Of a stretch of 64,000 bases of DNA, positions 24,169 through 32,403 are shown piece after piece. The notes beneath the pieces are model-generated. The model was not told where the DNA came from and made no database searches. It worked only from the letters and a program-made list of their open reading frames with translations. This DNA comes from Minisyncoccota bacterium. GTDB lineage: Bacteria > Patescibacteriota > Minisyncoccia > Phycocordibacterales > UBA9973. The first letter of the stretch is position 1; the number at the start of each line of letters is the position of its first letter. The stretch spans positions 81,973 to 145,972 of the forward strand of contig JBAZSZ010000001.1 in assembly GCA_041662205.1 (NCBI GenBank), given 5' to 3'. A program made the translations under genes and the position numbers.

Positions 24169-25782
24169 ATGTCGGAGCGGGGATTTGCTATTTTTATAGA
24201 ACTATTCATAATAATTAACATGGCGCGCATACTATATAAAAAAATACTTTCGAGAATCGGAAGGATTCTCACTACAATCTGGCAATATATCTTTGCCCTT
24301 GAGTATGTCCGGTTGCATCAATTAGAAATCACCGAGAGCGAACAAAAGTTCCGCTTGATAGCGGAATCGGTAAATAACGCGATCATCATGTTTGACGACG
24401 CTGGACTCGTGGTGTACTGGAATAAGAGCGCCAAACGAATATTCGGTTATGACGAAAGTGAGGTCCTCGGAAAACCATTTATTCTTGGTATGGATAAAAA
24501 TAAAAATGACTGGAACATAGAGAAAAATACGTCAGTCGAGATGCGAGGGGTGCGGAAAAACGGTAAAGAATTCCCCTTGAAAGTGTCGTATTCATCATGG
24601 AAAGTTGGTGAGAAACAATTTCACACAGCCATCGCCCGAGATGTTGGCCCTTATCGAGCTACAGAACAAAAGCTCCGTGATTATGCTCAAAAAATGGAGG
24701 AAGGCAAAGCATTCGACGACGCACTTCTCTTGAGTATCGCTGATGGCATTTTGGTAACCGACACGTTCGGTAAAATTACTTACATCAACAAAGCGCTTGA
24801 AGAGCTTTGCGGTGTGAAGTCCTGGGAATTGTTGTACCATGATTTGGATGAAAAGATTCCATTTTTCGATGAGCTTGGGAGACGCGTGCCGAAAGAGAAA
24901 CGGCCACTTTATATTGCACTAGATGCCGATAAAAAAAATAATGTATCCTTGGTCTCAACTGCGACGACCTTTCATCTTATCAATAAGAAAGATAAACGAA
25001 TGGTCCCACTCTCGATCAGCTCAGCACCGCTCGTGATTAATGGCGAGATTAAAGGAGCGGTGGTTGTCTGGCGTGATATAACCCATGAAAAGGAAGTCGA
25101 TAAAGCGAAAAGCGAGTTTATTTCTTTTGCTTCACATCAACTTCGCACGCCACTCACCACTATTTCTCTTACCACAGAAATGTTAATGAGGAGTATGGTG
25201 GGCAATATGAGCAAGGAGAATAAAAAATATTTAAAAAATATTTTAAAAGAAGTAAAAGGTATGACAGAAACAATCCAAACGTTTTTGAATATTTCCCGTA
25301 TCGAACTGGACAAATTCGAAATAGAGCTAGAGCCGGTAAAATTATTCGGGATAATAGACGAAATAGCGGAAGAAATACTGCCACAGATCGATAAGAAGAA
25401 AATCCGTTTCAAGAAACAATATAATAAAAATCTACCAACTATGAATTTAGACAGAAGAATTATCAGAATTATCTTAGAAAATTTCCTTTCGAATGCTATA
25501 AAATATTCAAAAATAGGTGGCCAGATAATGCTCCTAGCAAAAGAAACTACCAATAATATTATCATCGAAGTTACAGACAATGGTATTGGTATTCCCAAAA
25601 AAGATCAAGATAAGATATTTACAAAAATGTTTCGGGCGAGAAATGTTTCAGAGCATGCCAATGTAAGTTCAGGACTAGGTCTTTATCTAGTTAAAAATTT
25701 AGCGGAACAAAGTGGCTATAAAATCTCTGTTAAATCAAAAGAAGATAAAGGCAGCACTTTCTCAATTTCCTTACCTCTCTAA
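24169..25782 (+). CDS. Soluble sensor histidine kinase (two PAS-like domains, HisKA, HATPase_c). The start may be at 24219.
   Basis: FASHQLRTPL is the H-box. The N box and the G boxes DNGIGIP and GLGLYLV are present. No TM segments are present. PAS-like segments read ESVNNAIIMFDDAGLVVYWN and IADGILVTDTFGKITYIN. Confidence 0.8.
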   Translation: MSERGFAIFIELFIIINMARILYKKILSRIGRILTTIWQYIFALEYVRLHQLEITESEQKFRLIAESVNNAIIMFDDAGLVVYWNKSAKRIFGYDESEVLGKPFILGMDKNKNDWNIEKNTSVEMRGVRKNGKEFPLKVSYSSWKVGEKQFHTAIARDVGPYRATEQKLRDYAQKMEEGKAFDDALLLSIADGILVTDTFGKITYINKALEELCGVKSWELLYHDLDEKIPFFDELGRRVPKEKRPLYIALDADKKNNVSLVSTATTFHLINKKDKRMVPLSISSAPLVINGEIKGAVVVWRDITHEKEVDKAKSEFISFASHQLRTPLTTISLTTEMLMRSMVGNMSKENKKYLKNILKEVKGMTETIQTFLNISRIELDKFEIELEPVKLFGIIDEIAEEILPQIDKKKIRFKKQYNKNLPTMNLDRRIIRIILENFLSNAIKYSKIGGQIMLLAKETTNNIIIEVTDNGIGIPKKDQDKIFTKMFRARNVSEHANVSSGLGLYLVKNLAEQSGYKISVKSKEDKGSTFSISLPL

Positions 25783-25870
25783 ATTTTAATCTTAAATTAA
25801 TTTATCTATTTTATAATCTATGGGTGTCCATAGGTCAATATTTATATTTTATTTTTAAAGTGAATAATTA

Positions 25871-26203
25871 ATGAAATTTATAATGTTTGTAAAATGCAAA
25901 GAGGATGTTGAGAGAGATGCTTTGCTTGATGCGAAGGTCTTTGCTGATATGACAAAATTTAATAATAAGCTAGAAAAAGCTAAAGTGTTGGTCACGTTAG
26001 ATGGTCTTCAGCCGAGTTCAAAGGGTGTGCGACTTTCTTATTTAAGCAATAAAGAGCCTATCGCAATGGAAGATCCATGCTCAAATCCAGAGGATTTAAT
26101 CGAAGGTTTTTGGATTATCGATGTTAAATCAAAAGAGGAAGCGATAAATTGGGCGAAACGTGTTCCTTTTAGTGGCGGTGTGGTTGAGGTTCGACCGATA
26201 TAA
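25871..26203 (+). CDS. Small conserved protein (YciI/Dabb-like fold?) of unknown function
   Basis: The ORF is 110 aa with no TM segment. The assignment is weak. Confidence 0.3.
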   Translation: MKFIMFVKCKEDVERDALLDAKVFADMTKFNNKLEKAKVLVTLDGLQPSSKGVRLSYLSNKEPIAMEDPCSNPEDLIEGFWIIDVKSKEEAINWAKRVPFSGGVVEVRPI

Positions 26204-26289
26204 GACATATCAGATTTTCCACTAGATAATGTGATATGATATAAAAGTGGTTGTATTAACTTTATTAAAAATTAATTATTAAAATTTAT

Positions 26290-26706
26290 ATGGCAATTCA
26301 TTTTGAATGGACAAAAAGTATGTCAGTTGGGGAAAATCATATCGACGAACAGCACAAGAAATTGCTGTCGCAACTTAATAAAATTATTGATGCTATAACC
26401 ATAGGAGTAAAATCTAAAGAAACATCTGAAGCTATTGGTTTTTTTGATGAATACATAAAAGAACATTTTTCTTATGAAGAATACTATATGCATGAATATA
26501 GTTATCCTCACGTAGAAGAGCATATAAAAAAACACGATGAATTTATAAAAAGTTACGTTGCTTTTTTGGGTAAATTAAATAGTGGAGAAAATGCGAATGA
26601 TTTGATCATGGAAGTGGAAACCTATCTCGGAGAATGGTGGATAAATCACATTGGAAAAGAAGATCAAAAATATCATTATTTTATTGACAGTATTTCCAAA
26701 AAATAG
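26290..26706 (+). CDS. Bacteriohemerythrin
   Basis: WTKSMSVGENHIDEQHKKLLSQLN is the hemerythrin cation-binding signature. Further His/Glu ligands occur at HEYSYPHVEEHIKKHDEF. Confidence 0.8.
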   Translation: MAIHFEWTKSMSVGENHIDEQHKKLLSQLNKIIDAITIGVKSKETSEAIGFFDEYIKEHFSYEEYYMHEYSYPHVEEHIKKHDEFIKSYVAFLGKLNSGENANDLIMEVETYLGEWWINHIGKEDQKYHYFIDSISKK

Positions 26707-26712
26707 CAACAG

Positions 26713-27432
26713 ATGAATCCTCAAAATTCTATAAAACAGATTGAGCCACATACGAAAAAATTGGGGCAAAAATTAAATCGATTAAGAGCAGCTGTTTTGG
26801 GTGCAAATGATGGTATCGTGTCTACTGCTGCTTTGGTGGTCGGTGTTGCTGGAGCTTCTAATTCTTCTAGTTTTATTTTGACTGCCGGAGTGGCTGGTCT
26901 AGTAGCTGGTGCGATCTCAATGGGAGTAGGTGAATATGTCTCTGTCAGCTCTCAGTGTGACAGTGAAAAAGCTCTCATAGAAAAAGAACGCCAAGAGCAT
27001 ATTGATAGTCCGACAATTGAATTTAAGGAACTTGTAGAAATTTATATTCACAAAGGATTGTCTTCCGAGACTGCTCATAAAGTAGCGGAAGAACTCACTA
27101 ACCATGGAGCATTAATAGCGCATCTTGATGCAGAGCTTGGTATTGACCCGCATGATCTCGTCGATCCGTGGCACGCAGCTTATGTGTCTGTTATCGCTTT
27201 TGTTTGTGGGGGTATTATTCCTCTTGCCATGATTCTCATTCCTTCTGTCACTTGGCGTATCCCCGTTACTTTTTTTGGTGTTTTAGTTGCTTTAATTATT
27301 ACTGGAGCGCTTAGCGCTTATGTTGGGGGAGCAAATAAAAAGACAGCAGTCTTTCGTTTAGTATTTGGTGGTATGTTGGCGATGGCTGTGACATTCGGTA
27401 TTGGAAAACTTCTCGGAGTGGTTGGGATATAA
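26713..27432 (+). CDS. VIT1/CCC1-family iron/manganese transporter
   Basis: LRAAVLGANDGIVSTAALVVGVAGA is the VIT-family motif. About 5 TM segments are present. Confidence 0.75.
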   Translation: MNPQNSIKQIEPHTKKLGQKLNRLRAAVLGANDGIVSTAALVVGVAGASNSSSFILTAGVAGLVAGAISMGVGEYVSVSSQCDSEKALIEKERQEHIDSPTIEFKELVEIYIHKGLSSETAHKVAEELTNHGALIAHLDAELGIDPHDLVDPWHAAYVSVIAFVCGGIIPLAMILIPSVTWRIPVTFFGVLVALIITGALSAYVGGANKKTAVFRLVFGGMLAMAVTFGIGKLLGVVGI

Positions 27433-27502
27433 TCATATTGTTTTTTAAGAAAAATTAAAGTATACTAAAAAACAGTTTATTAATAATAAAAATATAAAAT
27501 AT

Positions 27503-27634
27503 ATGGCAAAAAGAGGAACCACACTTAGTCCAAAAAATAAATCAAGACGTTCACACAAAACAGCAAAACGTTTAGCTGTGAAGAGAGTAATGATTGCGAA
27601 AAGGGCCCTCAGAAAAACTTCCAACAAAGGTTAA
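27503..27634 (+). CDS. Small, very basic 43-aa protein (MAKRGTTLSPKNKSRRSHKTAKRLAVKRVMIAKRALRKTSNKG), possibly ribosomal-protein-like or a leader peptide
   Basis: The ORF is uninterrupted, Lys/Arg-rich and lies in an otherwise empty 240-bp intergenic region. It falls below the ORF-track cutoff. Confidence 0.25.
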   Translation: MAKRGTTLSPKNKSRRSHKTAKRLAVKRVMIAKRALRKTSNKG

Positions 27635-27669
27635 CATTTCGCAAGAACTTTTCTTGTGAAATTAAATAT

Positions 27670-28851
27670 ATGGAAAAAAGATTCTTAAATGTAGACTCGG
27701 ATGTTCTCAAGCTGGGTTTCGTAAGTTTTCTTACTGATATTAGCTCTGAAGCAATTTTTTCAGTTTTCTCTATATTCTTTACTGTATTTACTGGTGCTTC
27801 CGCAACACTGCTTGGTATCGTAGAAGGTTTTTCAGATTTTTCTGCATCTTCTTTGGATTATTTTTCCGGCTGGCTGTCAGATAAGTTTGGAAAAAGGAAA
27901 GATTTGGCTTTGATGGGTTATGGGTTTTCTACTTTAGCGAAGTTTATGCTTTTATTAGGTACCTCGGTAGTAACTCTTTCTTTTTTTAGAATTATTGAAC
28001 GTGTGGGAAAAAGTTTTCGTGGTCCGCCGAGAGATGCTTGGCTCTCTTCTGTCGCGGAAAAAGGTACGAGGGGGTACATTTTTGGTTTGCACAAAGCGAT
28101 GGATAAAATGGGAGCTGTCTTAGGTCCACTCGTTGCATACTTTTTTCTTATTTATTTCGGACAGAGTCTAAGTACTTTTCGTCTGATTTTTTTCATTTCA
28201 GTGATTGGGGCAGTGGGGGCGGTGTTAGTGCTTTCCTTGATGAAAGATCGTCCAGGGACTCCACATGAAAGAGAAAATATTTTCAAAGCTTGGGGGACAC
28301 TGTGTCCAGAATTTAAAAAGTTTCTTATTCCCGCTGGAATTTTTTCTTTGGCATATTTTAGCTTTGGATTTTTATTGCTTCGAGCTTATGTTCTCGGTTT
28401 TGCTATAACTGATGTGGTATTACTCTATGCACTTTTTAATGTTTCTTTTGTTGTGATGTCTATACCCATAGGTAAACTTGGGGATTTTATCGGCCGAAGG
28501 TATATTATCATTTTAGAATATTTAATTTATATCTTTATGACTCTTGGTTTTATTTTTGTAAAAGAAAAATGGGAGGTAGTCATTTTGTTTATTTTATTTG
28601 GTATCTTTTACAGTATAGATGAAGCTCAGAGCAAAGCATTTATTACCGATCTAGAAAAAGATCGAAGAGCCACAGCTATCGGAGCTTATAATTTTATTAC
28701 AGGCTTAATTTATCTTTTAGCTTCAGTTTTTGCAGGCATACTTTGGGTTTTAAACCCAATATATGCCTTTGTTTTTGCAGCATTTGTAGCTCTTGTCGCT
28801 TTGGTTGTTTTCGTTTATCTTTTTCCATCAAAGGCGGGCGGGCTTTTTTAA
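27670..28851 (+). CDS. MFS transporter
   Basis: About 12 hydrophobic helices are present. The loop GKRKD falls between TM2 and TM3. Confidence 0.7.
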   Translation: MEKRFLNVDSDVLKLGFVSFLTDISSEAIFSVFSIFFTVFTGASATLLGIVEGFSDFSASSLDYFSGWLSDKFGKRKDLALMGYGFSTLAKFMLLLGTSVVTLSFFRIIERVGKSFRGPPRDAWLSSVAEKGTRGYIFGLHKAMDKMGAVLGPLVAYFFLIYFGQSLSTFRLIFFISVIGAVGAVLVLSLMKDRPGTPHERENIFKAWGTLCPEFKKFLIPAGIFSLAYFSFGFLLLRAYVLGFAITDVVLLYALFNVSFVVMSIPIGKLGDFIGRRYIIILEYLIYIFMTLGFIFVKEKWEVVILFILFGIFYSIDEAQSKAFITDLEKDRRATAIGAYNFITGLIYLLASVFAGILWVLNPIYAFVFAAFVALVALVVFVYLFPSKAGGLF

Positions 28852-28873
28852 AAAGTGGTATAATATTTGCACC

Positions 28874-29548
28874 ATGGAAAACATAAAAAATAACTGGGTT
28901 TTGATTATTGGGGGAGTATTTTTAGTTTTTTCTATTCTTTGTTTTTTTGCTGCGAGGAATTTTTCTAAACAACAGTCTTACGTTGAAGTTAAAGGTTTGT
29001 CGGAAAAAATAGTCAAAGCGGATGTAGCTATTTGGTCAATCAATTTTGATGTTAAATCCAATGATGTTGATTCACTGTATGCTAGCATTCAGACGAATAT
29101 CGATACCATTAAATCATTTCTCACAAGTAAAGGTTTTGAAGATTCTGAAATAAATGTCGCTCCAGTGAATATTTATCAAGATACATTCAGGGATTCATTA
29201 TTTAGATATAATTCCAGTACACAATTATCTGTTTATACCAAAAAAGTTGATTTAGTTAAATCCACATCCAAAGATACTTTATTTTTAGTAAAAAAGGGAA
29301 TTACGATGAGTCAAAACTCAATTGTTTTTCAATTTTCAGATATCAATAGTGTGAAGCCAGAAATGCTAGCTGAAGCTATTAAGAATGCGAAAGACACCGC
29401 TGCCCAATTTGCGAAAGAGTCCGGTGCTCGTTTAGGGAGTGTGGCACGGGGCAATCAAGGCGTATTTGATATCTCTGACAAAGACCCCGGTTCTCCTGAA
29501 TTTAAAAAGATACGCGTAGTTTCTACGCTTAGGTTTCTGTTAAATTAA
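28874..29548 (+). CDS. SIMPL/DUF541-family protein (26-kDa periplasmic immunogenic protein-like). The start is taken at the internal ATG.
   Basis: An N-terminal TM segment is followed by VKGLSEKIVKADVAIWSINF...AIKNAKDTAAQFAKESGARLGSV. The upstream part of ORF 28793.. overlaps the MFS gene. Confidence 0.6.
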   Translation: MENIKNNWVLIIGGVFLVFSILCFFAARNFSKQQSYVEVKGLSEKIVKADVAIWSINFDVKSNDVDSLYASIQTNIDTIKSFLTSKGFEDSEINVAPVNIYQDTFRDSLFRYNSSTQLSVYTKKVDLVKSTSKDTLFLVKKGITMSQNSIVFQFSDINSVKPEMLAEAIKNAKDTAAQFAKESGARLGSVARGNQGVFDISDKDPGSPEFKKIRVVSTLRFLLN

Positions 29549-30075
29549 TGTCAAAGAAATTAAAAAAACAAAAGAAAATCCTGCCTGCGCAGATAGGAAA
29601 TAAAAAAATTGTCATGGTTAGTGGGGGATTTGATCCTGTGCATATTGGTCATGTGCGGATGTTTAATGAAGCCAAAAAATTAGGTGATGAGCTGGTGGTT
29701 GTTATGAACAATGATAATTGGTTAAATTTTAAAAAAGGCTATGCTTTTATGCCAGAGCAGGAACGCAAAGAAATCATTGAGGCTATCGGTGCTGTGGATA
29801 AAGTAGTATTAACAAGGCATTCAAAAAATACAAAAGACATAAGTATTTGCGAAGAGTTACGTAAAATCAAACCACATATTTTTGCTAATGGAGGAGACAG
29901 AAAACCAGATTGGGATCCAGTGCCAGAAGTGGCAGTATGCGAAGAACTTGGCATAAAAATGGTATACAATATTGGACACGGGGGAAAAGTCAGAAGCTCG
30001 TCTGATTTAGTAAAACAAGTACAAAAAAAGAAATTAAAAATAAAAAAGCCAGTCCGACGTGATGGAAAAAAATAA
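29548..30075 (+). CDS. Cytidylyltransferase-like nucleotidyltransferase (TagD/RfaE-II-like)
   Basis: GGFDPVHIGHVRMF is an HxGH motif. Both termini are basic. Confidence 0.6.
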   Translation: MSKKLKKQKKILPAQIGNKKIVMVSGGFDPVHIGHVRMFNEAKKLGDELVVVMNNDNWLNFKKGYAFMPEQERKEIIEAIGAVDKVVLTRHSKNTKDISICEELRKIKPHIFANGGDRKPDWDPVPEVAVCEELGIKMVYNIGHGGKVRSSSDLVKQVQKKKLKIKKPVRRDGKK

Positions 30076-30077
30076 AA

Positions 30078-30833
30078 ATGAAACCTTTGAATGAGATGTC
30101 AACAAAAGATATCAGTAAGATTAAATTAGTTGTTTTTGATGTTGATGGGGTAATAGTGCCAAGAGGAACTAAAATAAAACAGGTTGGAAATACAACCACT
30201 CTAGAGACGAAAGTTATCGCACCCAAGCAAATAAAACAAATTGAAGAACTTTATAAACAAGGATTTTTAATAAATATTAGTTCTGGTAGAGGCTTGTATA
30301 TGTTGCAAGAAATGTTCCGAGATATTTTGCCTTTTATTAGTCTTACTTATGAATGTGGTAGTGCTACTTGGTATAAAGGAAAAATTTATCAACATATAAA
30401 CAGTTTCGATCGCTTGAAAGATATCTTGCCGAAATTAAAGAAAGTAGCAATTAAAAATAAAAATTTTAAAGGGTTTGAACCCAAAGAGTTTATCATAACA
30501 ATTCATTGTAAAAAACAGATCAAAGAAATTGAGGATATGGTAAAGAGAAAGAAGGACCTTGTAACTTATTGGAACGGTGAAGCGTATGATGTTTTGATAA
30601 AAAAAGACCAGACAAAAGCTCTCGGTCTAAGACATACCATGAAACTTTTTAAATTAAAGAAAGAAAATGTGCTGGCCATAGGGGATAATTATAATGACCA
30701 AGAATTATTGGAAGAAAGCGGAATGCCTATATCAGCTGATAAAACAAGAGTTCAAGGAAAATTCTATGTTCCATTAAAAGGTAAGTTTCTTCCTGCAGAC
30801 GAACTAATGCAGAAGATTTTAGAACTCTCATGA
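30078..30833 (+). CDS. HAD-superfamily sugar-phosphate phosphatase (KdsC/YrbI-like motif I)
   Basis: LVVFDVDGVIV is motif I. GDNYNDQELLEESGMPISA is motif IV. Confidence 0.6.
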   Translation: MKPLNEMSTKDISKIKLVVFDVDGVIVPRGTKIKQVGNTTTLETKVIAPKQIKQIEELYKQGFLINISSGRGLYMLQEMFRDILPFISLTYECGSATWYKGKIYQHINSFDRLKDILPKLKKVAIKNKNFKGFEPKEFIITIHCKKQIKEIEDMVKRKKDLVTYWNGEAYDVLIKKDQTKALGLRHTMKLFKLKKENVLAIGDNYNDQELLEESGMPISADKTRVQGKFYVPLKGKFLPADELMQKILELS

Positions 30834-31177
30834 AATCATTTATTGTAGAAAGATGTTGGGGTAAATTTGAACAATTTACAAAGAGTGAGACAACTACGGT
30901 TAAAATTATTTCAATTAATCCAAATAGCACTTTAAGTTTGCAATATCATAATCACCGAGCAGAATTTTGGCGAGTACTTTCAGGTCATCCTTTAGTAACA
31001 ATTGGAGAAAATGTTATAAGAGCAAATCCAGGTGATGAGTTTATAGTGAAAATTAAACAGATTCATCGTCTTGCAACTGAAGATGATGCTGTGCAAATTC
31101 TAGAAATTGCTTACGATAATAACTTTGACGAAGAGGACATTGTTAGGTTAGAAGATAAATATGGCCGTGTTAAATAA
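30830..31177 (+). CDS. Cupin-domain protein (mannose-6-phosphate-isomerase-type cupin)
   Basis: SLQYHNHRAEFWRVLSG is a cupin motif. The ORF is 115 aa. Confidence 0.45.
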   Translation: MKSFIVERCWGKFEQFTKSETTTVKIISINPNSTLSLQYHNHRAEFWRVLSGHPLVTIGENVIRANPGDEFIVKIKQIHRLATEDDAVQILEIAYDNNFDEEDIVRLEDKYGRVK

Positions 31178-32393
31178 CAAAAAAATAATAAAAAAGCCTG
31201 CCCACCGTGGCGGGAAAGTAGTAAAAAAGTTTTCTATAAAAAAGAAGATATTAAAAACTGTTAAGAAAAAGACATTAGTGAAAAAAACAGTTCAAAAAAG
31301 AAAAAAAATATCTATTAAATCTAAATTATTAAGAAAAAAATCCTTATCTTTACTTAAAAAATATGAAGGCAATCCAATAATAGGTCCTACCAGCAATTCA
31401 ACTTGGGAATCACAAGCAGTTTTTAATCCCGCTGCGGTGGTGCAAGATGGGCGGGTGCATCTTTTTTATCGCGCTCTTGGAAATGATGGTATGTCTCGTA
31501 TTGGATATATGTCGAGCAAAGACGGTATCTCTTTTGAAGAAAGAATTCCTTATCCAGTTTTTGTTGCAGAAAATATAAAAGAAGCAAAAGATCATTTTTC
31601 TTTTACTTCTCCTGCGCGTCTTGTTTATAACACTGTTTTATTTGCCTCTGGTGGTGGTTGGGGTGGATGTGAAGACCCACGAGCCGTAAAGATAGGTGAT
31701 CGAATATATTTAACCTTTAATATGTTTAATGGGTGGGAATCAATGCGAGTCGCTTTTACTTCTATTGATGGAGAAGATTTAAAGAATAAGAAATGGAATT
31801 GGAGTAAATTTGCTTATCTTACTCGTCCTGGAGATAGGCAAAAGAATTGGGTTTTATTTCCTGAAAAGTTTAACGGCAAGTTTGCTATTTTTCATAATTT
31901 AGATAAAGGAGTTCCTTCGAGAGTTCACATAGCATATGTGGACGAGCTCGATATGTATAAAACTCCTTCAATGAAAGAAGCTCCAGATCCTCAAATGTTA
32001 CCAGATCATGAAGTGGCCTGGCACAATCGTACTCGTAGTGCTTCCGCTCCACCCATAAAAACCCCAGATGGCTGGCTTCTTTTTTATCATGCGATGGAAA
32101 AAGGTGAACATCATCGATATAAAGTTGGAGCACTTTTGCTTGATTTAAAAGATCCTACGAAAGTTCTTTATAGGTCCGCTTATCCATTATTACAACCAGA
32201 TGAATGGTATGAAAATGATTGGAAACCTGGTATTGTGTATGCGAGTGGTGCAGTCGTAAAAGACGGAGTCCTTTTCCTTTATTATGGCGCAGGGGACAAA
32301 CACATCGCTGTAGCTTATACGAATTTTGAGGATTTTATTCAAAAGCTCAAAAATAAGGAGCATGCAATTTTTTCAAAAAAAATAATCAAATAA
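31161..32393 (+). CDS. GH130-family glycoside phosphorylase/hydrolase with a Lys-rich N-terminal extension of about 70 aa
   Basis: AVFNPAAVVQDGRVHLFYRA and GCEDPRAVKIGDRIYLTF are present. The N-terminus reads KKIIKKPAHRGGKVVKKFSIKKKILKTVKKK... Confidence 0.7.
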   Translation: MAVLNNKKIIKKPAHRGGKVVKKFSIKKKILKTVKKKTLVKKTVQKRKKISIKSKLLRKKSLSLLKKYEGNPIIGPTSNSTWESQAVFNPAAVVQDGRVHLFYRALGNDGMSRIGYMSSKDGISFEERIPYPVFVAENIKEAKDHFSFTSPARLVYNTVLFASGGGWGGCEDPRAVKIGDRIYLTFNMFNGWESMRVAFTSIDGEDLKNKKWNWSKFAYLTRPGDRQKNWVLFPEKFNGKFAIFHNLDKGVPSRVHIAYVDELDMYKTPSMKEAPDPQMLPDHEVAWHNRTRSASAPPIKTPDGWLLFYHAMEKGEHHRYKVGALLLDLKDPTKVLYRSAYPLLQPDEWYENDWKPGIVYASGAVVKDGVLFLYYGAGDKHIAVAYTNFEDFIQKLKNKEHAIFSKKIIK

Positions 32394-32403
32394 AATAAAT
32401 TTT

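Noticed and set aside
28793-28873. 5' part of ORF 28793..29548 overlapping the MFS transporter gene
   Set aside because: It starts inside the MFS gene. The SIMPL-family homology and a TM anchor begin at the ATG at 28874.
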